Part shown: positions 32,095 to 40,805 of the stretch, piece after piece
How the letters are laid out: each line of letters begins with the position of its first letter
Numbering within the stretch: position 1 is the first letter of the stretch
Assembly: GCA_963664325.2 (NCBI GenBank)
Contig: CAXXDQ010000003.1
Location: 544,001-608,000, forward strand
DNA length: 64,000 nt
Direction: 5' to 3'
Source: Desulfomonilia bacterium
GTDB lineage: Bacteria; Desulfobacterota; Desulfomonilia; UBA1062
Program-made: the position numbers and the translations under genes
The notes under the pieces: generated by a model
Told to the model about the DNA's origin: nothing
The model's input: the letters and a program-made list of their open reading frames with translations, nothing else
Database searches by the model: none

Positions 32095-33570
32095 GTGTTA
32101 AGATATAGTGTATTAATTTCAGTTTTCATTATTATGACAGCTTTATGCGGCTGCAACAGGATAACATCTGTTTCACCTGACACATCAAAGACAATAGTCA
32201 TGAGCCCGGGCGAGATGAAAACTTTCTCTTTCACTAGCATTGCAAGCGGTCCTCTTGTACGGCAAAGATGGCATACTCCAACAGATGTTGATACGTTGCG
32301 TTTTGGTTCCAGTGGAGCATATGTTTTTTGGCCGAATAAAAATAATATCGGGGAAAACTATATTTCATTCGATGTGCAGAGTTATCTTATTATAAGCATA
32401 GTTCCCCCCATGGATAAGGTCTTGTGGAGTGACAGCCGAACTTGGACAGTAATTGTAAAAGGGGTTGAAGTAAAGCCATTTGAAAACAATGTCCCGGCAG
32501 TCGGCAAATCCGTGGAATATACAGCCAAAGGATGGCCCGAAGGAAACTATGATTATACATGGGATCTTGATGGCAATGTTGTAGGCAGCGGTGACACTTA
32601 TACATTTACACCGAGATTTGAGCAAATTGGCAGGCATACACTAAATGTCAAAGCAATCGGAGAAGGAAATGAATTTGAACATAAAAGGGAAATATATGTC
32701 CCTTTATACGAATCTAATGGGCATTCTCTTTTCACTACTCTTGATGGTGGATATATTATCGGTGGGAGAAATGAGAACAATACTTGGTACACTGCTATTG
32801 TTAAACTTGATTCCTATGGCCAGGAAGAATGGAGTTTCAAGGGGGATTATAACCCAGGGTATGTAATTCCAACTGCTGATCAAGGATATATCGGTATTGA
32901 GAGAAATTATTATGACAATCCAGGATGTAATATAATAAAATATGATGGATCAGGTCATGTTCAATGGGTGAAAGAATATCCAGATTATCCAGCTCCATAT
33001 CTGATAAGGGAAGTATATAACAATGGTTATATAATAACGGGATATGGATATTCAGGGATTGAATATGAATCCTATATCTTGAAAATTGATGAATCGGGTG
33101 AGATTGAATGGTACAAATCAATTGATGGAATTGGAAAAGATATAGTACCCATGCAAGAAGACGGATATCTGGCAGTCGGTCCAAGAAGTCTGTTTTTTCT
33201 GGATTCAAATGGCAATGTCAAATCAAGTCGGGAGTTTTCAGAAGAAATACATTCTGCATGGCCTGATAAGGACTTTATAAAGATATTAGCTGGTAGTGAT
33301 TTGCTAATGAAATATTTTGATGACGGTACTGTTCAGAAAATAAAACTGCCGTGTATTATATCCGGAGGTGAACCCACCTCTGACGGCGGGCTTATCTGTA
33401 GGTCAAATTCCTTTATCACAAAATTAAATTCAATGAATAGGATAGAGTGGGAAAGAGAAATCCGTTCACCAGATTATGTTCATCAATGTGAAAACGGGAG
33501 TTATTTGATAAGCTGTGGGGATTGGGCTACCCCATATGTTATCCTGAAACTCGACGCAAACGGGAATTAG
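32095..33570 (+). CDS. Lipoprotein: Ig-like module + second Ig/PKD-like domain + beta-propeller repeats
   Basis: SD aggagg + GTG 32095; lipobox LCGC; YTWDLDGNVV; repeated T.DGGYI..G and KLD..G...W motifs. Confidence 0.75.
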   Translation: MLRYSVLISVFIIMTALCGCNRITSVSPDTSKTIVMSPGEMKTFSFTSIASGPLVRQRWHTPTDVDTLRFGSSGAYVFWPNKNNIGENYISFDVQSYLIISIVPPMDKVLWSDSRTWTVIVKGVEVKPFENNVPAVGKSVEYTAKGWPEGNYDYTWDLDGNVVGSGDTYTFTPRFEQIGRHTLNVKAIGEGNEFEHKREIYVPLYESNGHSLFTTLDGGYIIGGRNENNTWYTAIVKLDSYGQEEWSFKGDYNPGYVIPTADQGYIGIERNYYDNPGCNIIKYDGSGHVQWVKEYPDYPAPYLIREVYNNGYIITGYGYSGIEYESYILKIDESGEIEWYKSIDGIGKDIVPMQEDGYLAVGPRSLFFLDSNGNVKSSREFSEEIHSAWPDKDFIKILAGSDLLMKYFDDGTVQKIKLPCIISGGEPTSDGGLICRSNSFITKLNSMNRIEWEREIRSPDYVHQCENGSYLISCGDWATPYVILKLDANGN

Positions 33571-33577
33571 CTGATTG

Positions 33578-33607
33578 CAGGCCAGGAGCATTCGCCTGGC
33601 CTGTTTT
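33578..33607 (+). terminator. Rho-independent terminator
   Basis: CAGGCCAGG-8 nt loop-CCTGGCCTG followed by TTTT. Confidence 0.7.
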
Positions 33608-33632
33608 GTAAATGAATGTAATTGGGGTCTAT

Positions 33633-35477
33633 ATGAAAATAAAAATAGTTTTATCGATGTGTGCTGTTTGTCTTATTTTTGCAGGCTGTGAACCTTTTGC
33701 AGTCCAAGACCCGGAATTGAACAAGGCCTGCACGACCTTGGAGCGGTTTATTGTCCAGCCGCACTCCGACATTGTGGAACTGCTCGCAGCCCAGGGGCTG
33801 ACGCCGGTCGGCAGTGTCACCATCGCTGATCCTGCAAGCGGTAAAATCTACACCGGTTATCTGGCCACTTTCGACGGCGCCTATTCGGAAGGCGCCAACG
33901 CTGCTAGCCAGCATATCGGGCCCCTGCCCAAATACTGTCTGGTGCTGTCAGGCAGTTCCTACTGCATGGGCTATCAGATGGGCTATCTCCTGCCGGCCCA
34001 GACCCAGCTCATGACAGGGAACTTCCTGGACAAGGCGGCCGAGGCGCTCACCAACGTCAAACGTACCGACTTCCCTAAATTCTATGACTTCTTCAAGAAC
34101 GAAGTTCGCAAGCTCTGCGAGGACGCACGGCCCGTGATCCCGGATTACCTCGAAGAGGAAATGGCCGGCATGGCTGCCGGGGCCACTGCGCATGGCTATG
34201 CAGTCGACGCCCGCGACATCATGCTCATGAACGAGGGCTTCGACGCCATGTATGCCATCCTTTCAACTGGCGTCCTTCCGAGCTTTCAGGAATTTGTGAA
34301 TCTCCTTGCCGGCAAACGTGCCCAGCTTGCCGCCGCCAAACAGACTGATGTCCTTAAGCGCATTGACGCCAGCTTGAGCGTTTCAGGCGGCCGGGTGCTC
34401 TTTCCCCGCGCCGATCCCTACATCATGGGCTGCAATGAGTTCATCGTCTCTGGCAATGCCACAGTTGGCGGTGCAGTCTATCACGGACGGGACTTCATGT
34501 TCGTCACCGGCGACATATACCAGGACACCTCCTGTGTGGCCGTCTATCTGCCCGAGCAGGGGCACCCATTCATCACTGTCACCACACCGGGATTCGTTGG
34601 CCACCCCACGGCGCTCAATGACCAGGGGCTTTCCATGGGCATGGACGTGGTTCGCGGGGCATGTACACGTCCGACCCCCGGCATGAGCTCCCTGTTTGTG
34701 TTGCGTGATATCGTCCAGAACAGCGCCGGCCTGGACGAGGCCGTGGCGCGCATGAAGGCCATGGACCGAGGCGTATCCTGGTTGTACGTCATCGCCGACG
34801 ATGAGCGTAGCGCCACATACACCAACGGTGTGGTAGTTGAGCAGGGCCGCAGTGATCCATCCTATACCGGGCCGGACCTCATGCCCTTCTGGAATCAGAT
34901 CCTGCTCTGGCCACTCATCATAAGGCTCAAGGGCCAACCTATGCCGGAGCGGGGCATTCTGGTCAGAGACCAGTCCTGGGTCTATCCGGATGTGTTCAAG
35001 AACGTCAGCATCGGGACGTTTAACGGCGATGACATGGATTACAAACTCTATTTTCCGGACCAGCTCGAGACCTGGCCGGATGTAGTTGTTGCAGGCAACC
35101 ACTATGTTATCCCGCGCATGGTCTTCACCACCTACAATCCGTTAATCGGACTCATAGGCGGAAAGATTGAGAAGACCGTATTCCGGTACAACAAGATGGT
35201 CGAACTCATTGGCAATGACTATGGCAAGGTTGATTACGCAAAGGCCCGTGAGATCATCGATTTTCTCAATCCCAATCGCGGAATCGATAATCTCAAGCGT
35301 TACAAGATTGGCGGGCCGGTAGAGGGCCATCACGCGATCATAGATAACAGATCGCGCACGGTGGAAGCCCTCTTCGGGTATTACGGCGACTGGGAGGGCG
35401 GAGTGGACGACGTCTGGGTCAAGCTGGACCTGAAGCCATTCGCGGCCTGGCTGTACTCCACAGAGAAAAGCAACTGA
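33633..35477 (+). CDS. Lipoprotein Ntn-hydrolase, peptidase C45 / acyl-CoA:6-APA acyltransferase family
   Basis: Lipobox FAGC; GYQMG, EEMAGMAAG, MG|CNEF autoprocessing Cys, HGRDF, ALNDQGL; visibly more GC-rich than its neighbours. Confidence 0.8.
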   Translation: MKIKIVLSMCAVCLIFAGCEPFAVQDPELNKACTTLERFIVQPHSDIVELLAAQGLTPVGSVTIADPASGKIYTGYLATFDGAYSEGANAASQHIGPLPKYCLVLSGSSYCMGYQMGYLLPAQTQLMTGNFLDKAAEALTNVKRTDFPKFYDFFKNEVRKLCEDARPVIPDYLEEEMAGMAAGATAHGYAVDARDIMLMNEGFDAMYAILSTGVLPSFQEFVNLLAGKRAQLAAAKQTDVLKRIDASLSVSGGRVLFPRADPYIMGCNEFIVSGNATVGGAVYHGRDFMFVTGDIYQDTSCVAVYLPEQGHPFITVTTPGFVGHPTALNDQGLSMGMDVVRGACTRPTPGMSSLFVLRDIVQNSAGLDEAVARMKAMDRGVSWLYVIADDERSATYTNGVVVEQGRSDPSYTGPDLMPFWNQILLWPLIIRLKGQPMPERGILVRDQSWVYPDVFKNVSIGTFNGDDMDYKLYFPDQLETWPDVVVAGNHYVIPRMVFTTYNPLIGLIGGKIEKTVFRYNKMVELIGNDYGKVDYAKAREIIDFLNPNRGIDNLKRYKIGGPVEGHHAIIDNRSRTVEALFGYYGDWEGGVDDVWVKLDLKPFAAWLYSTEKSN

Positions 35478-35562
35478 GCCATATATGAATAATGAAAAGG
35501 TGAGGCAGGCAACTCCAGGCAGAAGTAATTAAAACATTAAATATTTAAGGAGGGTTGATATT

Positions 35563-37281
35563 ATGAAATCATTAACATTCGCAAAAAGGTTTATGGTTTT
35601 GGTGGCGGTGTCATGCCTGAGCATCTCTGTTGCCGGATGTGTTATTTCTTCGTCACCGGAGAACAAAACATTGACATTTGAACCAGGGGATAAAATGGAG
35701 TTCAGCGCAAAAGTGTCCAGTTCATGCTCAATGGTTACGTGGTATCTATCAGACAAGGATGAGCCGAACTATGGAAATATAACTTGGTATGATGAATTTC
35801 TACTCTTTGGAACTTCAAATATTTCGGTTATAGCTGAAGAGAGGTTTGCTGGTGAAAATATTGTTCACTTAGAAGTACGGGATTTTATTATTTTACCAAT
35901 ACCAACGGGAGGCCTCCCTTTTTACATTGAAATACCAGCAACTAACATATATTGGAAAGTTACAGTAAACGGTCTTGCAATAACCCCAAATCTTTACAAA
36001 TCAAATATTACTGTAGAACCCGGGAAGACTCAACATTTCGAGGCAGAGGCATATCCGAAGGGCGACTATCAATACTCATGGGTTTTTGATGGAGAGGTTA
36101 TCAGCAGCAATGATTCATTTGATTTCACCCCATCTTTCACTCAGACCGGCATTCATAAGCTGGAAATCAGTGCTGTATCGACTTCAAGAACTTTCAGCCG
36201 TCAGTTTGAAATTGCTGTTCCCCACAGGATAGTAGATCTCAATGGCTATAATAGTCAGTGTGTTTTATTAAAAGATGGAAGTTATGCAACCTGCAATAGT
36301 TCAGAATCAGGATGGGTATTATCAAAATTAAATTCAAACTTTATTATTGAATGGACGCAGGTGCTTGGAAATTATGATGACGCACCGTTCGTTGAACTCC
36401 TTAATGATGGGACCTTGATGGCAATATTTTCTGATCATATGGTTAAACTATCTGGTCAGGGGCAAATATTATGGGAAAAGGAATATCCAGCGTCTCTTGG
36501 GTCTATAATTTTTAAGGAAACTTCAGAAGGGAAATTTCTTCTGGCAAGCGACTCAAAAATTTACCTGCTGGACAACGACGGCCAGATCATCTGGGAGAAA
36601 GATACAAACGGACGAGTCAGCTCTATAGATATTATAGATGATGGAGGTTTTATAATAGGAGGACAATCAAATCGAACAGATATCCCAGGAACAGTAAATC
36701 ATGGAGGATATGACTGCTATATAGCGAAGATTGACAGTTCGGGAAATATTGAATGGGATAAGCTGTACGGCGGTTCAGGAGATGATGGTGTTTCTTCAGT
36801 AAAGAAAACCTCTGACGGTGGATATATCCTTGCCGGTTACTCTAATTCGACCGATCTAGGAACAATAGGTTATGGCGAACATGATATTTATATAATTAAA
36901 CTCGACCAGTACGGCGATATTGTCTGGCAAAGGCTCTATGGCGGGACAAATTGGGATGATGCGACTGATATAATACAAATCTCCGGCACAGGATATATGG
37001 TTTCAGGCAATTCATATTCAAAGGATATACCTGGGACAATATGGCTTGGGGCACATATGCAGGAAAAAACTGGAGAACGGACACATAGCAACGGGTTGAT
37101 AATGAAAATTGATGATAACGGTAATGTCATGCGCCAGACGCTTGTTGGGGGTATCGACAATGATTTACTGGAAAGCTTTATAATTGATCCCGATAACAAG
37201 ATTCTATTACCAGGAATTTTCTCAGGCGTCTCTTCAGGTTCAGAAAAAAAGGATGTTATTCTTGATCTGAGTAATTATTAA
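35563..37281 (+). CDS. Lipoprotein: Ig-like module + Ig/PKD-like domain + beta-propeller repeats
   Basis: SD aaggagg; lipobox VAGC-VISSSP; YGGSGDD...TSDGGYILAG...IIKLD.G..W repeats. Confidence 0.78.
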   Translation: MKSLTFAKRFMVLVAVSCLSISVAGCVISSSPENKTLTFEPGDKMEFSAKVSSSCSMVTWYLSDKDEPNYGNITWYDEFLLFGTSNISVIAEERFAGENIVHLEVRDFIILPIPTGGLPFYIEIPATNIYWKVTVNGLAITPNLYKSNITVEPGKTQHFEAEAYPKGDYQYSWVFDGEVISSNDSFDFTPSFTQTGIHKLEISAVSTSRTFSRQFEIAVPHRIVDLNGYNSQCVLLKDGSYATCNSSESGWVLSKLNSNFIIEWTQVLGNYDDAPFVELLNDGTLMAIFSDHMVKLSGQGQILWEKEYPASLGSIIFKETSEGKFLLASDSKIYLLDNDGQIIWEKDTNGRVSSIDIIDDGGFIIGGQSNRTDIPGTVNHGGYDCYIAKIDSSGNIEWDKLYGGSGDDGVSSVKKTSDGGYILAGYSNSTDLGTIGYGEHDIYIIKLDQYGDIVWQRLYGGTNWDDATDIIQISGTGYMVSGNSYSKDIPGTIWLGAHMQEKTGERTHSNGLIMKIDDNGNVMRQTLVGGIDNDLLESFIIDPDNKILLPGIFSGVSSGSEKKDVILDLSNY

Positions 37282-37330
37282 CCGTTAAAAAATTGAAGTG
37301 GGTTCTCACGAAAGTTATTGGAATGAAAGG

Positions 37331-37381
37331 GGGTCAGTCTCAACATTAAACAGCTTGTTGTCAATTGTTGAGACTCGACCC
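37331..37381. repeat. REP-like palindrome
   Basis: GGGTC-AGTCTCAACA ... TGTTGAGACT-C-GACCC arms around a ~20-nt spacer. Confidence 0.6.
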
Positions 37382-37389
37382 TGGAGGAA

Positions 37390-37560
37390 ATTGGCGGCAC
37401 GGTGGAGTGACATTGCGCGATCATAGATAACAGATCGCGCACGGTGGAAGCCCTCTTCGGGTATTACGGCGACTGGAATAATGGTGTTGAGGATGTCTGG
37501 GTGAAGATGGATATAAAACCCTTCGCAGATTGGTTTTACTCTACACAGCTCGGCGCTTAA
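37390..37560 (+). pseudogene. 3' remnant of a C45 peptidase paralogue
   Basis: Translates IGGTVE*HCAIIDNRSRTVEALFGYYGDWNNGVEDVWVKMDIKPFADWFYSTQLGA*; 37416-37476 is identical to 35333-35393. Confidence 0.85.
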
Positions 37561-37610
37561 GAAATTTTATGAATCATGAAATGGCAAAATTTATAAGGGG
37601 GATTTTAATT

Positions 37611-37733
37611 ATGAAAACATCAACTTTGGCAAAAAGATTCATTGTTTTGGTTTATGCTTCATTTTTGAGCCTTTCCATAACGGGCTGTCTTATTTCTTCA
37701 TCACCTGAGAATAGTACAGGGAGGGTATCATGA
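37611..37733 (+). pseudogene. 5' remnant (signal peptide + lipobox) of a paralogue of the 35563 lipoprotein
   Basis: MKTSTLAKRFIVLVYASFLSLSITGCLISSSPENS versus MKSLTFAKRFMVLVAVSCLSISVAGCVISSSPENK. Confidence 0.75.
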
Positions 37734-39322
37734 AAAAACAGTATTTATTGCTAGTTATCTTTGCCGTGTTGGCCGCATCAAGCGGCTGCGTAATCACTGC
37801 TACACCGGACCCTTCAAAACAAGTCACAATTAATACAGGCGAGGAAGTTGTTCTTAACATTGTATGTTCGAACTTTCTAGGTCTGGTCGGCTACAGATGG
37901 AATGTCTTTGAGGACGGCGAGGCGTTAAACCCGGTTTTGAATACAGATGGCCCGAATAAAAACAGGCAATATACATTTGCAACTGAAATCCCCGGCCGCT
38001 ACAAGATCATGGGTACTGCAATCCATTATGTCATTTCAAAGGATGTTCCCCCGATCGTTTTGTTCAAAGAGGTCTCGCGCGAGTCAAGGGAATGGGATGT
38101 TATTGTCAAAGGCGTCAGGATATCACCATTAAAAAGAAATCTTGTATTATATGGCAGTCCTAATGAGTTCAAGGCAACCGCCTATCCAGAAGGCAATTAC
38201 AGTTATGAATGGAAGCTTGACGGCAATATCGTTTCCTCTTCAGATACATGTAATATCTCTCCTGGCCTTTCTGATTCAGGCTGGCGCAGGCTCGAAGTAA
38301 GGGCCGTTTCAGAAAGCGCACAGTTTTCTGCCTTCAGAGAGATCCATCCTGCCAAGCTTCTTGCCGGTTCCTCCAAAATAGCTGGAATTGATACGACTGG
38401 TCATCTGGCGGTTAATGGCGGCAGGCTGATTAAATACGATTTGCAGGGGAGCATCGTGTGGGAATACACAAACGCAGAAATTGATTTGAGCAGATACGGT
38501 TCAATAATCAAGTCCACACCGGACGGAGGGTGTATTTTTTTAGGGAGTGACATTGATTTCAATTACAGGCTGGGAAAAATCGACGGCACCGGACAACTCA
38601 AATGGGAGACAGGGATGCTTGAAGTGTCAGATCCTTCCCTCAACGATATTATACCCGCATCAGACGGCGGAATCATTGCTGTTGGAAAGGCAGGAAACAC
38701 TATTAACAGCTATTATAAAGAAGGTATGGTTATCAAAATCGGTCCTGCAGGCAGCATTGAATGGACCAGCATGCTGGGAGATATTAATTCCCATGATGTT
38801 ATCCTTGCAGGCCAGGCTCCGAATGGTATTTGCTATCTTGTTTCAGATGAAGTCAACAAATCGTTGGTAATCGTTATCGATGGAAATGGTTTGGTTGTCA
38901 GAAGTACTGTTGTCAGCGAACCGCTTAACATTATCCGCATGGTCCCGACCTCAGACGGCGGATGCATAATTGCCGGTTATGACTGTGTGACCAAACTCGA
39001 TGCACTCCTTGAAGTACAGTGGAGCAGGAAGTTTTCAGAAGATTTACAAAACTGCTCCATTATCGACATCGTACAGGGATCAGCCGGCGGGTATGTCTTT
39101 CTCGGGAGCAAAAAACTGCTGTACCAGCCATACAGGTTTTCATACGGGGTGTTCGTCACAACAATTGATGAAGACGGTGACATTCTTGGTGAAAAAACTC
39201 CTTTCATTGTAGAGGAAACTTCCGGGGAACATGCTGATTATCTGAGACTGACGCCTGTAGATAACGGTTATTCCTTTGTTTATCACGATTACATGATAAG
39301 GCTGGATGGTTCAGGGGATTGA
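37730..39322 (+). CDS. Lipoprotein: Ig-like module + Ig/PKD-like domain + beta-propeller repeats
   Basis: SSGC-VITATP; ATAYPEGNYSYEWKLDG shared with 32095 and 35563; TPDGGCI, SDGGII repeats. Confidence 0.75.
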   Translation: MKKQYLLLVIFAVLAASSGCVITATPDPSKQVTINTGEEVVLNIVCSNFLGLVGYRWNVFEDGEALNPVLNTDGPNKNRQYTFATEIPGRYKIMGTAIHYVISKDVPPIVLFKEVSRESREWDVIVKGVRISPLKRNLVLYGSPNEFKATAYPEGNYSYEWKLDGNIVSSSDTCNISPGLSDSGWRRLEVRAVSESAQFSAFREIHPAKLLAGSSKIAGIDTTGHLAVNGGRLIKYDLQGSIVWEYTNAEIDLSRYGSIIKSTPDGGCIFLGSDIDFNYRLGKIDGTGQLKWETGMLEVSDPSLNDIIPASDGGIIAVGKAGNTINSYYKEGMVIKIGPAGSIEWTSMLGDINSHDVILAGQAPNGICYLVSDEVNKSLVIVIDGNGLVVRSTVVSEPLNIIRMVPTSDGGCIIAGYDCVTKLDALLEVQWSRKFSEDLQNCSIIDIVQGSAGGYVFLGSKKLLYQPYRFSYGVFVTTIDEDGDILGEKTPFIVEETSGEHADYLRLTPVDNGYSFVYHDYMIRLDGSGD

Positions 39323-39387
39323 CTTCTAGCCAGGCAAACCAAGCCGGTTTGTTTTAAATAAAAGTTAAAAAAATTGGAGGTTGTATC

Positions 39388-40722
39388 ATGAAAAAAGGAA
39401 GATGGCTGGTATTTGGACTACTGGGAATGGTTCTGGCGGTTGGATTGTCCGGGTGCATTATCTCGACCTCTCCGGACTCCAGCAAAGTTATAGTAATGAA
39501 CCCGGGCGAAACAAAGGTTTTCAAGGTAAGCGGTGTGAATCTCAATACATCCATAACAAAATGTGTGTGGTCTATCCCCAGGAAGGATGGAAATCCTGCT
39601 GAAGTTTTTGAGAACACAGATCATGTAGAATTCACGGTTAATCCTGAAGGCGAAAAGTCTAACAGGGTGATAATAACTTGTGAATATTGGAGGTGGTTAT
39701 ATATGCCCCCTAGTCCTTTGATTGGTTCGGGTGGGTGGGGATGGGTTCCAACAGGCATAAGGACCTGGAACATCTGCGTACCTAGAGATACCGCGCCAGT
39801 CTGGCAGGGGAATTATTATATAACGGACAGCACAGATGTGCAGATGCTGAACGGCTACACTGAAATCACAGGTGTTTTAGATATCAGTAATAGTAATTTA
39901 AAGAGTCTGGAAGGGTTAGAAACCCTGACTAATATTGGTAGAGACTTGCAAATTTCTGATAATACCGCCTTAACAAGCCTGTCCGGTCTTGAGAACTTAA
40001 CATCGGTCGGTGGATACTTGGAGATTGGGAGTTATGGGGAGGGCAATCACGCCTTAAAAAGCCTGTCCGGTCTTGAGAACCTGACATCGGTTGGTAGTAC
40101 GCTGGACATTTGTAATAATGCCGCCTTAACGAGCCTGTCCGGTCTTGAGAACCTGACATCGGTTGGTAGTACGCTGGACATTTGTAATAATTACGCCTTA
40201 AAAAGCCTGTCCGGTCTTGAGAACATCACATCGGTTGGTGGAGACTTGTGTATTCAGTATAATTACGCCTTAAAAAGCCTGTCCGGTCTTGAGAACCTGA
40301 CATCGGTTGGTGGAAGCTTGTATATTGATGATAATGTCATCTTAACAAGTCTATCCGGTCTTGAGGGCTTAACATCGGTTGGTCGGGAGTTCTGTATTAG
40401 GACTAATGCCTTAACAAGCCTGTCCGGACTTGAGAACTTAACATCGGTTGGTTGCTTGGTTATCGGGGACAATGCCATCTTAAGAAGCCTGTCCGGGCTT
40501 GAGAACATAACATCGGTCGCTAGCTTGTCTATTTGGGGGAATCCCGCCTTAACGGCATTGGGAATGTCAGGCCTGCAAAGAGTTGATCGGGATTTCGTAA
40601 TAGAGGATAACCCCCTGCTTTGTACATCATTGGCCGAAGAACTTATGAACCAGGTCCTTGCAGGCGGAGGCATCGGCGGCACCATCTATATCAGCAACAA
40701 CAAGGAATGCACCACGCCATGA
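39388..40722 (+). CDS. Lipoprotein: Ig-like module + leucine-rich (receptor L-domain-like) repeats
   Basis: LSGC-IISTSP; about 9 copies of LxSLSGLENLTSVGGxLxIxxN; cap NPLLC...NNKEC. Confidence 0.85.
   Translation: MKKGRWLVFGLLGMVLAVGLSGCIISTSPDSSKVIVMNPGETKVFKVSGVNLNTSITKCVWSIPRKDGNPAEVFENTDHVEFTVNPEGEKSNRVIITCEYWRWLYMPPSPLIGSGGWGWVPTGIRTWNICVPRDTAPVWQGNYYITDSTDVQMLNGYTEITGVLDISNSNLKSLEGLETLTNIGRDLQISDNTALTSLSGLENLTSVGGYLEIGSYGEGNHALKSLSGLENLTSVGSTLDICNNAALTSLSGLENLTSVGSTLDICNNYALKSLSGLENITSVGGDLCIQYNYALKSLSGLENLTSVGGSLYIDDNVILTSLSGLEGLTSVGREFCIRTNALTSLSGLENLTSVGCLVIGDNAILRSLSGLENITSVASLSIWGNPALTALGMSGLQRVDRDFVIEDNPLLCTSLAEELMNQVLAGGGIGGTIYISNNKECTTP
39960..40560 (+). repeat. Intragenic ~75-bp tandem repeats (LRR units)
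   Basis: Constant core GCCTTAA..AGCCTGTCCGGTCTTGAGAAC.TGACATCGGT.GGT plus a variable ~30-bp segment. Confidence 0.9.
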
Positions 40723-40740
40723 GGCGATAAAGAGACTGGG

Positions 40741-40778
40741 CACCGGCTCCCGGGCTTGACCCGGGGGCCGGGTGTTTT
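40741..40778 (+). terminator. GC hairpin/terminator, copy 1
   Basis: CCGGCTCCCGGG-CTTGA-CCCGGGGGCCGG followed by GTGTTTT. Confidence 0.7.
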
Positions 40779-40805
40779 GAATTAAAAATCAGTTTGGAGG
40801 AACCA

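Noticed and set aside
35300-37560. Diversity-generating retroelement TR/VR pair at the C45 3' end
   Set aside because: Mismatches are mostly synonymous third-position changes of all base types, not adenine-specific, and no reverse transcriptase is in the window
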